DNA from: Candidatus Marinacidobacterales bacterium
GTDB lineage: Bacteria; Acidobacteriota; Vicinamibacteria; Marinacidobacterales; SMYC01
Reading direction: 5' to 3'
Length of the DNA: 64,000 nucleotides
Assembly: GCA_965224085.1 (NCBI GenBank)
Contig: CBDCYI010000004.1
Coordinates: 128,001-192,000 of the forward strand
Below are positions 1-10,218 of the stretch, one piece after another. Numbering within the stretch: the first letter of the stretch is position 1; every line of letters begins with the position of its first letter. Made by a program: the position numbers and the translations under genes. The notes under the pieces are model-generated. The model did no database searches, had not been told where the DNA came from, and was given only the letters and a program-made list of their open reading frames with translations.

Positions 1-2
1 GA

Positions 3-536
3 ACCATCTCTGGAGGCAAGAATTACCGTGACTACCTCTTCAAGAATGACGGCGAGCGATTCGTCGACATAACTCCCGAACTATTGGAGAAACAAGAGGC
101 CGATCACGGCGCACAGTGGGCCGATTTTGACAATGACGGCGATCTGGATTTGGCGCTTACAGGTTTCGGCATGCACCATATCTTCCAGAATCTTCTATCC
201 GAGGGAAAAGGCCGCCAATCACTTCAAATTTTGGTGCTCGATGCACATGGACGCTACACTTATCCGGGCTCCGAAGTAAGACTCTTTGAATCCGGCACCA
301 GGAAACTGCTGGGGATGAAAATTCTCGATACCGGATCCGGATACAATTCTCAGAATGCCATGCCGGTTCACTTTGGTTTACCAAACGAGGCGCTGGTCGA
401 CGTTGAAGTTACCACTTTGACCAAGAACGGAAGAAAGACGGCTGTGTTGTCACGTGTTGATCCTCGAGAACACACTGGTCGCTGGCTTGTCGTAAAAGTG
501 GACGACGAAGGAACCTTGATGAACCAGACACGCTAG
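3..536 (+). CDS. ASPIC/UnbV (CRTAC1-family) protein with FG-GAP-like repeat, 5'-partial
   Basis: Frame is open from the window edge. Contains WADFDNDGDLDL and GSGYNSQNAMPVHFGL motifs. Confidence 0.85.
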   Translation, partial: TISGGKNYRDYLFKNDGERFVDITPELLEKQEADHGAQWADFDNDGDLDLALTGFGMHHIFQNLLSEGKGRQSLQILVLDAHGRYTYPGSEVRLFESGTRKLLGMKILDTGSGYNSQNAMPVHFGLPNEALVDVEVTTLTKNGRKTAVLSRVDPREHTGRWLVVKVDDEGTLMNQTR

Positions 537-697
537 TCCCCTGGAACAGAGGTTCGTGGCCTAAAGCTCGAGGTCATTTTGTGGGCTCGCAAGGCGTGAC
601 GACGAAGTCATATTGGGATATTTCGAGGAGAAACAACGCAGCCAGCGCGCAAAAGGGCCCGAGATTTAGGTTACGAATCTCTGTTCCAGGGGACTAG
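533..697. mobile_element. MITE-like 165-bp element with ~38-bp imperfect terminal inverted repeats, CTAG at both ends
   Basis: Left end CTAGTCCCCTGGAACAGAGGTTCGTGGCCTAAAGCTCG versus reverse complement of right end CTAGTCCCCTGGAACAGAGATTCGTAACCTAAATCTCG. No ORF inside. Confidence 0.75.
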
Positions 698-783
698 GCA
701 GGCAAGCACTAGCATGCTCCTTGCTCGCTGGCTCATGCAGGTCTCGTGAATGCTGTATCCGATGGATGACGTGTTCGCGCGTA

Positions 784-1135
784 TCAAGCCAACGTCCCGA
801 GGACCTTCAGCAGATGCTGGACATCGCTTTCGTTGTTGAACAACGAGATCGACACGCGGGGTAGTCCGGAAGCGTTCCCGCGGCTTGCCCGTGGCCATAG
901 CGATCCGCCTTCAGCCAGCCGAGGTGCTCTTCGAGGACGTAGAACGGTGCTGCGCCCCAGCTCGACAAAAGCCACTTGTAGGAGTTGGTTCCGGCGAAGT
1001 CGATCCGATCTCGTGGAGATCGACTGGGAATTGACCGAATGCTTGAATCCCATCGGCGTAGAGGTAAGAACCCTTACTGTGCGCAAGCTCGGCAAGCATG
1101 CGAATCTCCTGGCGAAAACCGTTCCGGTTCGACAC
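784..1135 (-). pseudogene. Class V aminotransferase (cysteine desulfurase-like) remnant, frameshifted and internally deleted
   Basis: Pieces in three frames: YLYADGIQAFG, DFAGTNSYKWLL (PLP-lysine motif) and RVSISLFNNESDV. Confidence 0.75.
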
Positions 1136-1318
1136 CCAGGGGGTCGGAGGCGGCGGAAAGTGCCGTCGCGCGAGCCGAGGGCATGGCGGCCAATCCAGCC
1201 GCGCGAGCCCAGTTGCGCAGACCGTGGCCGTTTGATATTCTCATTATTCATCGCGAAGATGAACCGAGGTTCGCAGCGAGACCCCCTCCTCGACGGGCCT
1301 TCGGGGGGGGGGAGTCGA

Positions 1319-3049
1319 ATGTACGAATCCCACTTCAATTTAAAGGGGTATCCGTTCCGGGCCACGACAGAGCCCGATCTTATTTACGAGAGCGCCGGAC
1401 TACGCGACGCCCTCAACCACTTCACCTACGCCATCGACAGCGGCGAGTCTTTCGTCCTCCTCACAGGAGAGGTCGGATGCGGCAAAACGACGGCTGTTCA
1501 GGCGTTCCAGCAGAGACTCGATGGCGACGTCTTGATGGCGACCATCAGTCACGCGACCCTGGACGTAGACGAGATGTTGCATGACGTCGCGGTCCGATTC
1601 GGCATCTCCGTCGATCCGGGGATTACCAAACCGCGGCTCGTCGCTCACCTCAAGAATCTCTGGCGGAGGCGAAAAGAATCGGGATCATCATCTCTACTCG
1701 TGCTAGACGAGGCACAGCTATTGAAACCCGCGTTGCTTGAGGAGCTGAGACTCCTCTCGAATCTAGAGCACGGAGGCGCACGGCTCATTCATGTGTTCTT
1801 GGTCGGGCAGCCGGAGATCGAGGACCGTTTGCGGCAGCCCGAACTGAGACCTCTCCGGCAACGCATCAGCCTGAGGTACAAGTTGAAGCCACTGGACTTC
1901 GAAGAGACAAGGCGGTATTTGATTCATCGACTGGTTGCGGCGGGTGCCGTAAGCCCGTCCGATCTGTTCACGTCAGCGGCCGTCTTGGCGCTGCACCACC
2001 TTTCTCAAGGCCTCCCCCGCGAGATCAACGTCATCGCGGGACACGCGATGCTGAACGCCTATGTGGACGGCGCGCAACACGTCGAGGCGGAGCACGTGCA
2101 GTTGGCAAAGAGCGAGTCCGGGTTCGAGGGCGTCGCGGAGTCGTCGCCTCGCCCCGTCCCCACGCCGTCAGCCACGGCGGCACCGGAGCTCGAACCCGAG
2201 CAAACCGCCGCTGATAGACCGCTCCCGGAAAGTACGGGCGCGGAGCTTCGTCCAGAGGGATCTCTTCAGACTGTTCCGCAAGCGGCGGCAGAGCTCGAGC
2301 CCGAGCCCGAGCCCGAGCCCGAGCAGGAGCTGGTCGAAGAGACCGTGGTCGCCTCGGACGCGCCGACGGCCGAACGCCCCACAGTGTATGTCGGCGTGGT
2401 TGTGATGGTCGGTCTCGTGGCGGTTATCTTTAAGCTGTCACTGGCAACGTCTTTGTCGCGGGAAACGCTGTGGCAGAGTTTCCCGTCGGTCGCATCGCCC
2501 TCGTCCTCGAATGGCGCGCGGCAGGCTCCACCGGTGCCGGATGCGTGGAGCGTCGCGAACTCGGTTCGGGATCGACCGGCGCCTCCCGCGCCGAGGTCGC
2601 CACCACCGCCCGCAGAAATTCCTGTGCTCGCGTCCGAGCCAGGCTACCTCACCGTCGTGGTCGAGCCGTGGGCGCGGGTCGCGATCGACGGCAACGCGGT
2701 CGGAGAAACACCGCTCGCGCCACTCGAGCTCTCCGCGGGCACGCATAGCATCGTGCTCGAAAACGATCACATCGTGGGCGTCATCCGTGACGAAGTCGTC
2801 ATCGAATCGGGTGCGAGGATGACGAAGCGATACAGTTTCGGCGACACGGGCTACCTGAGCCTCGCGGCTACACCCTGGGCCGACGTCGACGTCGACGGTC
2901 GCTCGATCGGTCAAACTCCCCTGGCACGAGTCGCCGTGCCCGAAGGGTCGCATTCCATTCGATTCGTCCACCCCGAGCTCGGAGAGACCGAGCGCGAAGT
3001 CATCGTCGTCTCCGGGCAAACCACGCTCGTCAAAGTACAATTGCAATAG
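1319..3049 (+). CDS. ExeA/GspA-like AAA ATPase with Pro/Glu-rich linker, TM segment and C-terminal PEGA domains
   Basis: Starts MYESHFNLKGYPF. Walker A GEVGCGKT, LDEAQ, VGQPE, GLPREIN, and two PWA.V..DG...G.TPL repeats. The ORF-track start at 833 is over-extended. Confidence 0.85.
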   Translation: MYESHFNLKGYPFRATTEPDLIYESAGLRDALNHFTYAIDSGESFVLLTGEVGCGKTTAVQAFQQRLDGDVLMATISHATLDVDEMLHDVAVRFGISVDPGITKPRLVAHLKNLWRRRKESGSSSLLVLDEAQLLKPALLEELRLLSNLEHGGARLIHVFLVGQPEIEDRLRQPELRPLRQRISLRYKLKPLDFEETRRYLIHRLVAAGAVSPSDLFTSAAVLALHHLSQGLPREINVIAGHAMLNAYVDGAQHVEAEHVQLAKSESGFEGVAESSPRPVPTPSATAAPELEPEQTAADRPLPESTGAELRPEGSLQTVPQAAAELEPEPEPEPEQELVEETVVASDAPTAERPTVYVGVVVMVGLVAVIFKLSLATSLSRETLWQSFPSVASPSSSNGARQAPPVPDAWSVANSVRDRPAPPAPRSPPPPAEIPVLASEPGYLTVVVEPWARVAIDGNAVGETPLAPLELSAGTHSIVLENDHIVGVIRDEVVIESGARMTKRYSFGDTGYLSLAATPWADVDVDGRSIGQTPLARVAVPEGSHSIRFVHPELGETEREVIVVSGQTTLVKVQLQ

Positions 3050-3057
3050 GAAGCGCG

Positions 3058-3753
3058 ATGCTACGCTTCTGGATCCTGGGCGTTGCGGTCTCGGCTCAAA
3101 GCTTCGAGCTCGCACTCGACGAAGGCATCCGACGATATTGGAACGGGGAGTACGAAGAGACCATCCTCGTTCTCGAGCCCGCGTGCAACTTGAATGCGAG
3201 CTCGGGCGAGAAGCTCGAGTGCCACAAATACATCGCGTTCAGTCACGTCGCGCTCGGCGACGATAACGAGGCTCTCCGGCAGTTCGGCCACAGGACGCTC
3301 GAGCTCGATCCGACCAACGTGCTTGCGCGCTAGTACCGCGAGCTGTGCGTGGAACGGATGCGCATGAGCGAAGCGCGTGCGATCGCAAACGCTCATGAAC
3401 CACCGCCGACGCCCGAGCCCGTCGCCGCTTCCAAACCCGCGCCCGAGCCCGAAGACAAAGTGTACCGGCTCACCAGCGACATTACCCGGCCCGTCCTCGT
3501 CCAGCGCGTTGCGGCCGAATATCCACGAGCGGCGCGTCTTCGCCGGGTCGAAGGCTCCGTCGTCCTTTCCGTCGTGATCGATCGAGACGGATGGGTCACC
3601 CAGTCAAAAGTCATCCGTTCGGTCAGCGAGAGAGTGGACCAAGCTGCACTCGACGCCGTCGAAGCGTGGCGCTACCAACCGGCCACACTGAACGGCTTCC
3701 CGGTGGCGGTGTACCGCAACATCGAGCTGAGCTTTCACTTAGAAGACGATTGA
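3058..3753 (+). pseudogene. TPR-like plus TonB C-terminal (energy transducer) gene split by an in-frame TAG at 3331-3333
   Basis: ORFs 3058-3333 and 3349-3753 share a frame. TonB-C motifs YPRAARLRRVEGSV and AALDAVEAWRYQPA. Confidence 0.7.
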
Positions 3754-3765
3754 TCCGTCCAACAC

Positions 3766-6093
3766 TTAACGGCAAAAGGCTTCCACGTCAACCGGGTTTT
3801 CCCCCCCGTGGAGCGCGATTCTGACGACGGCGATCGCGCGGCGATCGCCGCGCCCTACCGTGCGGATGGGTTCGACCGAAACATCGAGCTCAGCAGTCGA
3901 CGAAGACGGCACCTTCAGCTCGCGCTCGAGACCCGGGCCGCTCACCGTCACGCCGTGCGAGCCACCGGTGCCGTGGAACCTCAGGCGTGGTGCGCGCGCG
4001 CCACAATCGGGAAGCGCGACATAGAGCGGCCGGGGACTTCGAATCCGTGCCGCGCCGGTCCCAGGCCGCCCTCGGATCCAGTCTCGAGGTTGGCTCCAGG
4101 CGGATGCGAGGCTTCCCACCGCAACGACCATCGCCACGACAGCGGCCGCGAGCACGGTCGGCTGCGCTCGCCATCCTCGCCCCTCCCACATCCACACGAG
4201 TCCGAAAACGAGCACCAAGAAGACGGGATAAGCGCCTCGCTGCCAGACAGATTGCGCGGTGCCCACCGAGCCCAAGACGGGCGACGGATCGACCACTCCG
4301 GAAGCGAGAAACGCCGGTCGATCATAGACGAAGTGCCGCTCCGTCAACATGCTCTGACCGATCCAGAAACCCCCTGCGGCGACGAAGGCCAAGGCCGTCC
4401 AGCGAAGCCGCCGCATTTCCGGGTCGCGCAGCCACGCCGCCAGGCAGAGTGCCATCACCGGAACGAGAGGAACGAGGTAGCGCGCGGGAGGCGCCCAGGC
4501 ACCCAAGCCGCCCTGGTCGTGGGACGCAGCCGTGAAGAGGTACGGTACGACGATCACGAGGCCTAACCCGAAAGCGAACGGCGACTGCCGGCGAAGCGCC
4601 CAAGCACCGGGAAGAGCAAACAGATAGAGAGGCGAATAGACGAGAAGTCCCTCGGCGCGATCCAGAAGAAGGTAGTAGAGACCCGGCAGAGTCTCCTGGT
4701 TGAGAAAGGTCGCTCCGCGTGGATAGCCTCTCGCCACCCACAGGGCGTCGGGCAATAAACTGCCGCTGATGTGAAAGACGTAGAGGCACTGAAGGCCCAT
4801 CCCGAGACAGGAAAGTGTCAGAGCCCACCCGAACAACTTCCATCCCGCTTTCGATCGAAACCCTTTCCAACAGTAAGCGAGCAACAAGACGCCCCAAATC
4901 GGCAGGTACTTCGTGTGAAGCCACGGAAGGAGCGCTCCTGAAAGACCGAAGGCGATCGCCCACCGGAGCGTGAGTCGTGTGGAGAGGACCGCGATGAGCA
5001 TCAGCGTGATGCAAATCGTCGCCGTGACTTCTGTATAGACCTGGAAGTGGTAGAAGAAAAGCGGCGGCGTGACACCGATCGCGAAGGCCAAGCCGACGCC
5101 GCCTAAGCGGCTCCCGATCGCGGGCTCGACGAGCCGGGCGACCGCGAGTGTACAAAAGGTCCCGAGGAGCAAACACGTGAAGAGGGTAAAGACGAGCCTG
5201 TCAGGATTCACGAAAGTATCGACCGCCATCGACGGGGTCAAGAGAAAAGGAAGGCCCGGCAGAAACACGTAGAAGGTTCCGCCCTTTCTTCCCTCGAGTA
5301 CCGGCCCGCCGATCCATTCGACGCGCCCTCTTGGCTCGATCCCGAAGATGGACTTCGCCGCTTCGTAAGCGGTCCCGATCGTCGCCGGTATCCAGGCGGC
5401 GACGTGGGTCAAAGCCCGGGCTGGATCCGGCCGCTTCCCGATGAGCTCTTCCGCGTTTCCGACATCGGCATCGCCGTCATGCAACAAACTGGCGGTGATG
5501 CGCACATATCTGGGCTCGTCGCCCGTGCCCCAACGCTCGTCGTAGGGTTGGGTGAAACGTCGCTCGGGAATCGAGGCAAGAAGCGTCGCCAGGAGTCCGA
5601 GAACAAGTCCCAGGAACGCGAGCCGCGAGCCCGAGACCCGCCTCCATCGATCGCGATGGGCGTCGAGAAAAGGCGCCAGGAATGTGACCTTGAGATAGAT
5701 CGCGCATGCCACGACGAGCGTGGCGATCCAGGCTCGCGCATCCACGACGAGCCACCAGCCGATAAATGGAAGCGGAGCTCGACCTGGGACCAGAACGGGC
5801 ACATATATGAGCAGGAGAACGAGCGGCGTATACGTCCGCACCGTCTCACGGAACGCGACCCTCCATTCCAGACCCAGAACGCGCCGGTAAAAGAGCGACT
5901 CTCCCATCCATAGCGCGGAGAGCACGAGCACGAGAACTATCGAGGTCTGGAGCCCACGAGGCGGGAGAAGCAGTGCGGGCGCCGAAAGCAATATTTGCGG
6001 CTGTGCCCGGTAGAGCGGCTCGACGAGATGGCTCAGCCCGAATGCGATCAACCCGCCGATTATCAGGAACGCGCGCACGACCCAGCCCATCAC
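3766..6093 (-). CDS. Polytopic membrane protein, GT-C-type glycosyltransferase-like
   Basis: GDEPRY motif after the early TM helices, YTEV, GLLVYSP, RYLVP; many TM segments. Confidence 0.65.
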   Translation of the reverse strand: MMGWVVRAFLIIGGLIAFGLSHLVEPLYRAQPQILLSAPALLLPPRGLQTSIVLVLVLSALWMGESLFYRRVLGLEWRVAFRETVRTYTPLVLLLIYVPVLVPGRAPLPFIGWWLVVDARAWIATLVVACAIYLKVTFLAPFLDAHRDRWRRVSGSRLAFLGLVLGLLATLLASIPERRFTQPYDERWGTGDEPRYVRITASLLHDGDADVGNAEELIGKRPDPARALTHVAAWIPATIGTAYEAAKSIFGIEPRGRVEWIGGPVLEGRKGGTFYVFLPGLPFLLTPSMAVDTFVNPDRLVFTLFTCLLLGTFCTLAVARLVEPAIGSRLGGVGLAFAIGVTPPLFFYHFQVYTEVTATICITLMLIAVLSTRLTLRWAIAFGLSGALLPWLHTKYLPIWGVLLLAYCWKGFRSKAGWKLFGWALTLSCLGMGLQCLYVFHISGSLLPDALWVARGYPRGATFLNQETLPGLYYLLLDRAEGLLVYSPLYLFALPGAWALRRQSPFAFGLGLVIVVPYLFTAASHDQGGLGAWAPPARYLVPLVPVMALCLAAWLRDPEMRRLRWTALAFVAAGGFWIGQSMLTERHFVYDRPAFLASGVVDPSPVLGSVGTAQSVWQRGAYPVFLVLVFGLVWMWEGRGWRAQPTVLAAAVVAMVVAVGSLASAWSQPRDWIRGRPGTGAARIRSPRPLYVALPDCGARAPRLRFHGTGGSHGVTVSGPGLERELKVPSSSTAELDVSVEPIRTVGRGDRRAIAVVRIALHGGENPVDVEAFCR

Positions 6094-7955
6094 TTCAATC
6101 CTGTTTCCCGCCTCGCCCGGACCAAGAGCTCCACGGCGAAGACGAGAAAACCCAAAGGGATGAGGAGCTCTTTATATTCGGTGACGTCCCAGTATCGAGA
6201 GAAGTTGCCAACGATCAGGAGCTCCGCCTGGATGGCGACGAGCGAAATAGGAAGAAGAGCGTAGTAGATCTTGTCAGTGATACCGCCTACTCCTTTGCGG
6301 AAGAAGAGCATAGCGTAGTACAGGCAGACGATCACGGTGGCATAGAAGAGCCACTGAACCAGAGGGAAACCCCACGTATCGTAGTTGAACGCCGAAAGGG
6401 GTGCGCTCGCGAAGGCGACCGCAATGGACGGGATGACGAACTGCATGACCGAGAATCGGCGAAGAGACGAGCTGCGCTCCTGCACGAACGGCACGAGTAT
6501 CAGAAAGACGGTGGCGAGCGAGTAATAGGCTTGTTCGAAGAGGTCCGTCGCGATGTTGTGCAAGTTGGTCTCCGCCTGGTCGTTCTCGAGAAAGGGAGTT
6601 GGTGACTCGAACCCGACGATGCGTTGGCCCCAGGATATCTCCTCGCCGCCGATCACGAAGAAGACGAAGGCGAAGGCGGCGGCGACGAACGCTCGAAACC
6701 GCGCCCCTCTTCGCCGGAAGAGCCAAGCGCCGGCAACGGCAAGAGCCGTCGTCAGGAAAAGCAGAACGGCCGACGCGTTCTCGATGAGCCCGTCTTCGCG
6801 TCCCAGCATCGAAAAAAGCTCGGCATCGTGCGCGTGGAGAAGAGCGAAGCCGAGCGGTACGAGCAAGAGAGGCCACCGAGCCACACGAAAGGAGTCACCG
6901 GGCCAGGCGACCGCCGAGGCGCCTCCGGCTGCCCACGAGCGAAGGTGAATGAACCGGACGAACCACGCCGCGCTCGCCAGCAATAGCAATGAACGAAGCA
7001 CGTCCGGTGGATCGAAAGTCGGTCCCAGGCGCCGGTCCGGAGTGCCCCAAACCGTTATGTCCAACACCGGTACGGCGAGCCCGCACCCCAGGGCAAGGAA
7101 GACGGCCGTACGCGAAGGGCTCGGCCCGAGCGCCGGCTCATCAGCGGCGAGTCCACTCACGTGCTCCATTCCGCGGAGCAAGAGTCCACAGCCAAGGCAC
7201 CACCAAACGGTTCCCAGGAGAAGAGACAAGACGATGCGCCAAAAGGCACGGCGGCGCTCGGGCGCCGTCAGGCGATCCGCCGAGTCCGCGACATGGTGCT
7301 CGAGTCCGAGGATCTCGAGAAAAGCCGGGCTGCTCCAGCGCAGCGCGAGGTGGGCTGGTCCACGTTCCTGCTCGTAGCGCATACGGAACCGATGCATTCC
7401 CGCATCGAGATGGAGCTCTTCCTGCCCGAATGCCGCTCCTTGGACCACGGGCGTTCCATCGACCCAAAGGGAGCACCGGTCGTCGCAATCGGTCTCGAAA
7501 CGATAAACACCGGCCCGTGGCGCCGAGAGCACGGCGATCAGCTCGAGCCCGACGTCACGCCGACGTCGGGCCACCCGGTTCAGGTCTTTGCGGCTGTCGA
7601 GCCGAAGCGCGTCGACGAGGACGCGCCGCGCTCGACCAAGCTCTTCCGCGAAGGGACGATAGACCCGGACCGTCTTTTGAGGGGTGATTCTCACGACGCT
7701 ATCTCGCCACGCCGAGAGCGGCCAGACGACCACGAGCAGCCCCACTACGAGAACGGTCATCGGCCATTGTCGCAGCCGTTTTCGTGACGGCCCGACGAGG
7801 AAGGCGGCCGCCGTCAAGAGGAGACCAAACCACCATAGACTTACGTCCGGGACGCCCGGGCCGAACCGCACGTCGTGTCGCCCCGCGACCCGCAGCAAAG
7901 CGAGCACGGCTAGCAGAAACCAAAAGAAACGACTCGTACGACTCAGAGGGAACAT
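6090..7955 (-). CDS. PA14-domain-containing membrane protein
   Basis: PA14-like segment GVYRFETDCDDRCSLWVDG...G.H..R.RY.Q..G. The C-terminal TM domain has EDGLIEN, EEISWGQR and ETNLHN. Confidence 0.7.
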   Translation of the reverse strand: MFPLSRTSRFFWFLLAVLALLRVAGRHDVRFGPGVPDVSLWWFGLLLTAAAFLVGPSRKRLRQWPMTVLVVGLLVVVWPLSAWRDSVVRITPQKTVRVYRPFAEELGRARRVLVDALRLDSRKDLNRVARRRRDVGLELIAVLSAPRAGVYRFETDCDDRCSLWVDGTPVVQGAAFGQEELHLDAGMHRFRMRYEQERGPAHLALRWSSPAFLEILGLEHHVADSADRLTAPERRRAFWRIVLSLLLGTVWWCLGCGLLLRGMEHVSGLAADEPALGPSPSRTAVFLALGCGLAVPVLDITVWGTPDRRLGPTFDPPDVLRSLLLLASAAWFVRFIHLRSWAAGGASAVAWPGDSFRVARWPLLLVPLGFALLHAHDAELFSMLGREDGLIENASAVLLFLTTALAVAGAWLFRRRGARFRAFVAAAFAFVFFVIGGEEISWGQRIVGFESPTPFLENDQAETNLHNIATDLFEQAYYSLATVFLILVPFVQERSSSLRRFSVMQFVIPSIAVAFASAPLSAFNYDTWGFPLVQWLFYATVIVCLYYAMLFFRKGVGGITDKIYYALLPISLVAIQAELLIVGNFSRYWDVTEYKELLIPLGFLVFAVELLVRARRETGLK

Positions 7956-7980
7956 GGAAGGTAGCCGCGGCGTATGGACA

Positions 7981-9678
7981 TCATCGAAGCGACGATTCGA
8001 GGCCCCGCGATTTTCGTGCATGAATCTGGAAGATCCCGATCTCCTCGACGAGCTCGAAACGAGAACGGATATAGCGCCGTGTCCGGGGAAGCTTGGAAAG
8101 TCGCCTCTTCGTTCCCTGGAAAGAATCCTTTTCCAGTATCACGTGTTTCACATCGTTCGCGACAAGCTCTCTCACGATCCGATGGTCCAGCGCCGGGTCG
8201 TGGTGGTCGCTATAGGTGAGCCCCGGATGGAACCAGACGAGAGGTTGAGGGGGCACCTTGCCCGAGAGCCCGTACATTACGGTGAAGTCCGGGAAGATGA
8301 AGAAGTTGCCTTCCACGCTTTGAAGGAAGGCCGCGAGCTTGTCGACGTCGTCGACCGAGATCTCGTGCGGCGATCGGCGCGCCGCCCGCGTGGGAATGCC
8401 CCACCTTACCGGGGCGAGCGCCTTCGAAACGACGTCCTCGCGAAACTCGGAGCGCCAGAAGATGTCGTGCGCAATACGCGACTGCGATACCTCCCATCCT
8501 TGCTGGATTAGCAGGAGCGCCGCGGAAATCGCAAGTACAGGAAGCAGGGCCAGCCGCACGCTGTCCTTCGAGCTTGCCTCGGCGACGACGACGCCCGAGC
8601 CCGTCTCCACGAGATCGCGAACGAGGAGCGCGCCGAGCGCCAGTATGACGCCGCCGAAGGGAAACCCGATCTCCGGCTCGTTCAACGTGACTTGATTGAA
8701 GAGCGCTTGTAACAGATAAAGGGTGACGACGGTCGTGGCTGCCAGGATCCCGGGTTCTCCCAGACCGGAACGCTTCACCAGACGGAAGCGCGCATGGATC
8801 ACGAGAGCTGTGGCGGCGGCGAGGAAACACGCGAGCACCACGGCCCGGTTGGCGCCCGCGGCGGAAAATTCTTCTAGCAAGAAGCGGTGAAACGTCGCGC
8901 CGGCGATCCGGCGCATCCCTTCTTCATGGGGGATGACGAAGAAGTAAATCCAGAAGTTGTCTGGATGCGAGAAGCGCCACAGCCACGCTCCGAAAACGAG
9001 CCCGACGGCCGTGAGGCCAGTAAGAAACGACCCGAGAAAGCGGAACCTCGTCCGAACACCCCCCGGTGCCGCGACGACGATGATGGCGGTGCAGGCCGCC
9101 ACCGAAAGCAATCCCGCGTTCTGCTTGCTCAACAACGCCAGACCGGTCATCCATCCCGAAGCTCCCACGAGAACCGCGGTCCAAACGCGTTTCCGCTCGG
9201 CAAGCCTGAAACCGTAGAACAGGAGCAGGGACGCGAGAAAGTGAAATAGAAAAGCGGTTTGCTCGAACCAGGGTGTGCCGAGCGGAGGATAGAACCAAAA
9301 CGCGGTGACCGCGGCCGCGAGCAACGCGTAGCCAAAGGATTCGGGATAGATGCACCGCACCCACAGATAAGCCGAGAACACGGCCAGCAGATTGGCTATG
9401 GCCGCGTGCAGGAGGTACGCAGAATAGTTTACCGAGAACAGCTGGAAAAAAATTCCTTGAATCCAAAACGGAACAGGTCCAGTAGGAATGAAGAAGTCCA
9501 GGTAGGGGATCTGGCCGAGGAAGATACGGTACCCGCCATCGAAGAGGATGGACTGATCGAAAGCGAGGAAGCCACGACTGCCGCTATCGAAAACGAACTC
9601 TACGGAAACAAGAGCGAGCGCACCGAGGCCCAGAATGTGAACGATCGCCTTGAAGATCGCCTTGAAGAGTCCGCGCAT
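7981..9678 (-). CDS. Polytopic membrane protein, ArnT/PMT-like GT-C family
   Basis: FDQS...GQIPYLDFF and LLSKQN motifs; multiple TM helices. Confidence 0.65.
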   Translation of the reverse strand: MRGLFKAIFKAIVHILGLGALALVSVEFVFDSGSRGFLAFDQSILFDGGYRIFLGQIPYLDFFIPTGPVPFWIQGIFFQLFSVNYSAYLLHAAIANLLAVFSAYLWVRCIYPESFGYALLAAAVTAFWFYPPLGTPWFEQTAFLFHFLASLLLFYGFRLAERKRVWTAVLVGASGWMTGLALLSKQNAGLLSVAACTAIIVVAAPGGVRTRFRFLGSFLTGLTAVGLVFGAWLWRFSHPDNFWIYFFVIPHEEGMRRIAGATFHRFLLEEFSAAGANRAVVLACFLAAATALVIHARFRLVKRSGLGEPGILAATTVVTLYLLQALFNQVTLNEPEIGFPFGGVILALGALLVRDLVETGSGVVVAEASSKDSVRLALLPVLAISAALLLIQQGWEVSQSRIAHDIFWRSEFREDVVSKALAPVRWGIPTRAARRSPHEISVDDVDKLAAFLQSVEGNFFIFPDFTVMYGLSGKVPPQPLVWFHPGLTYSDHHDPALDHRIVRELVANDVKHVILEKDSFQGTKRRLSKLPRTRRYIRSRFELVEEIGIFQIHARKSRGLESSLR

Positions 9679-9837
9679 CGAGGTGGTGCGCACGCTCGTG
9701 CGAGCTCGAGTGCGCGCGTCATTATGTATCGGAGAGTGCGACTCCGCCAGCGCCCCGTTAAGGCAAGGCGCGAAAAAGTGGCCACAGTGTCTATTCCGAC
9801 AGTTTGCTCAGCGTCCAGCGACCCGTGATGGTAGCGT

Positions 9838-10218
9838 TCAGTCCGGCGGCGGGAGCACCACCGGTTTGCCGTGCGGCGTGCGACGATAAGCGTCCACCCA
9901 CGCCTCTTTGCGGGCGTCGAGCTCGGGAGAGTCTGCCAGCCCTTTGGCGGCGACGAGACGCTCGAGCGTCGCGACCCAGTGGTGGTAGTAGCGCGAGCCG
10001 TCGTCCGTCTCGCCGCGATCGGCCGCGGCTTTCAGCTCGTCCGCGAGCGCACCCGCCCACTCCTTCCAGGTGAAGTGGCCCTGCTCGGAGAGCTTGACGG
10101 CAAGCGCGAATGCCTGCGCTTGCCACGGCTCGGCGAACACCGGGCCCTCTTCGTCTCGGGGCAGAGGCGGCAGCGCGTCGAGCCGCTCCGCGTCGACCGC
10201 GAGATCAGACCGGCTCAA
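9838..10218 (-). CDS. Nitrile hydratase accessory (activator, P14K-like) protein
   Basis: PVFAEPWQAQAFALAVKL and YYHHWVATLE; lies directly downstream of the beta-subunit gene. Confidence 0.9.
   Translation of the reverse strand: MSRSDLAVDAERLDALPPLPRDEEGPVFAEPWQAQAFALAVKLSEQGHFTWKEWAGALADELKAAADRGETDDGSRYYHHWVATLERLVAAKGLADSPELDARKEAWVDAYRRTPHGKPVVLPPPD

Noticed and set aside
833-1318. N-terminal extension of the ExeA ORF
   Set aside because: It overlaps the antisense aminotransferase remnant; the family-typical start is MYE at 1319.
2291-2323. (GAGCCC)n repeat
   Set aside because: Ordinary Glu-Pro linker coding inside the ExeA protein.
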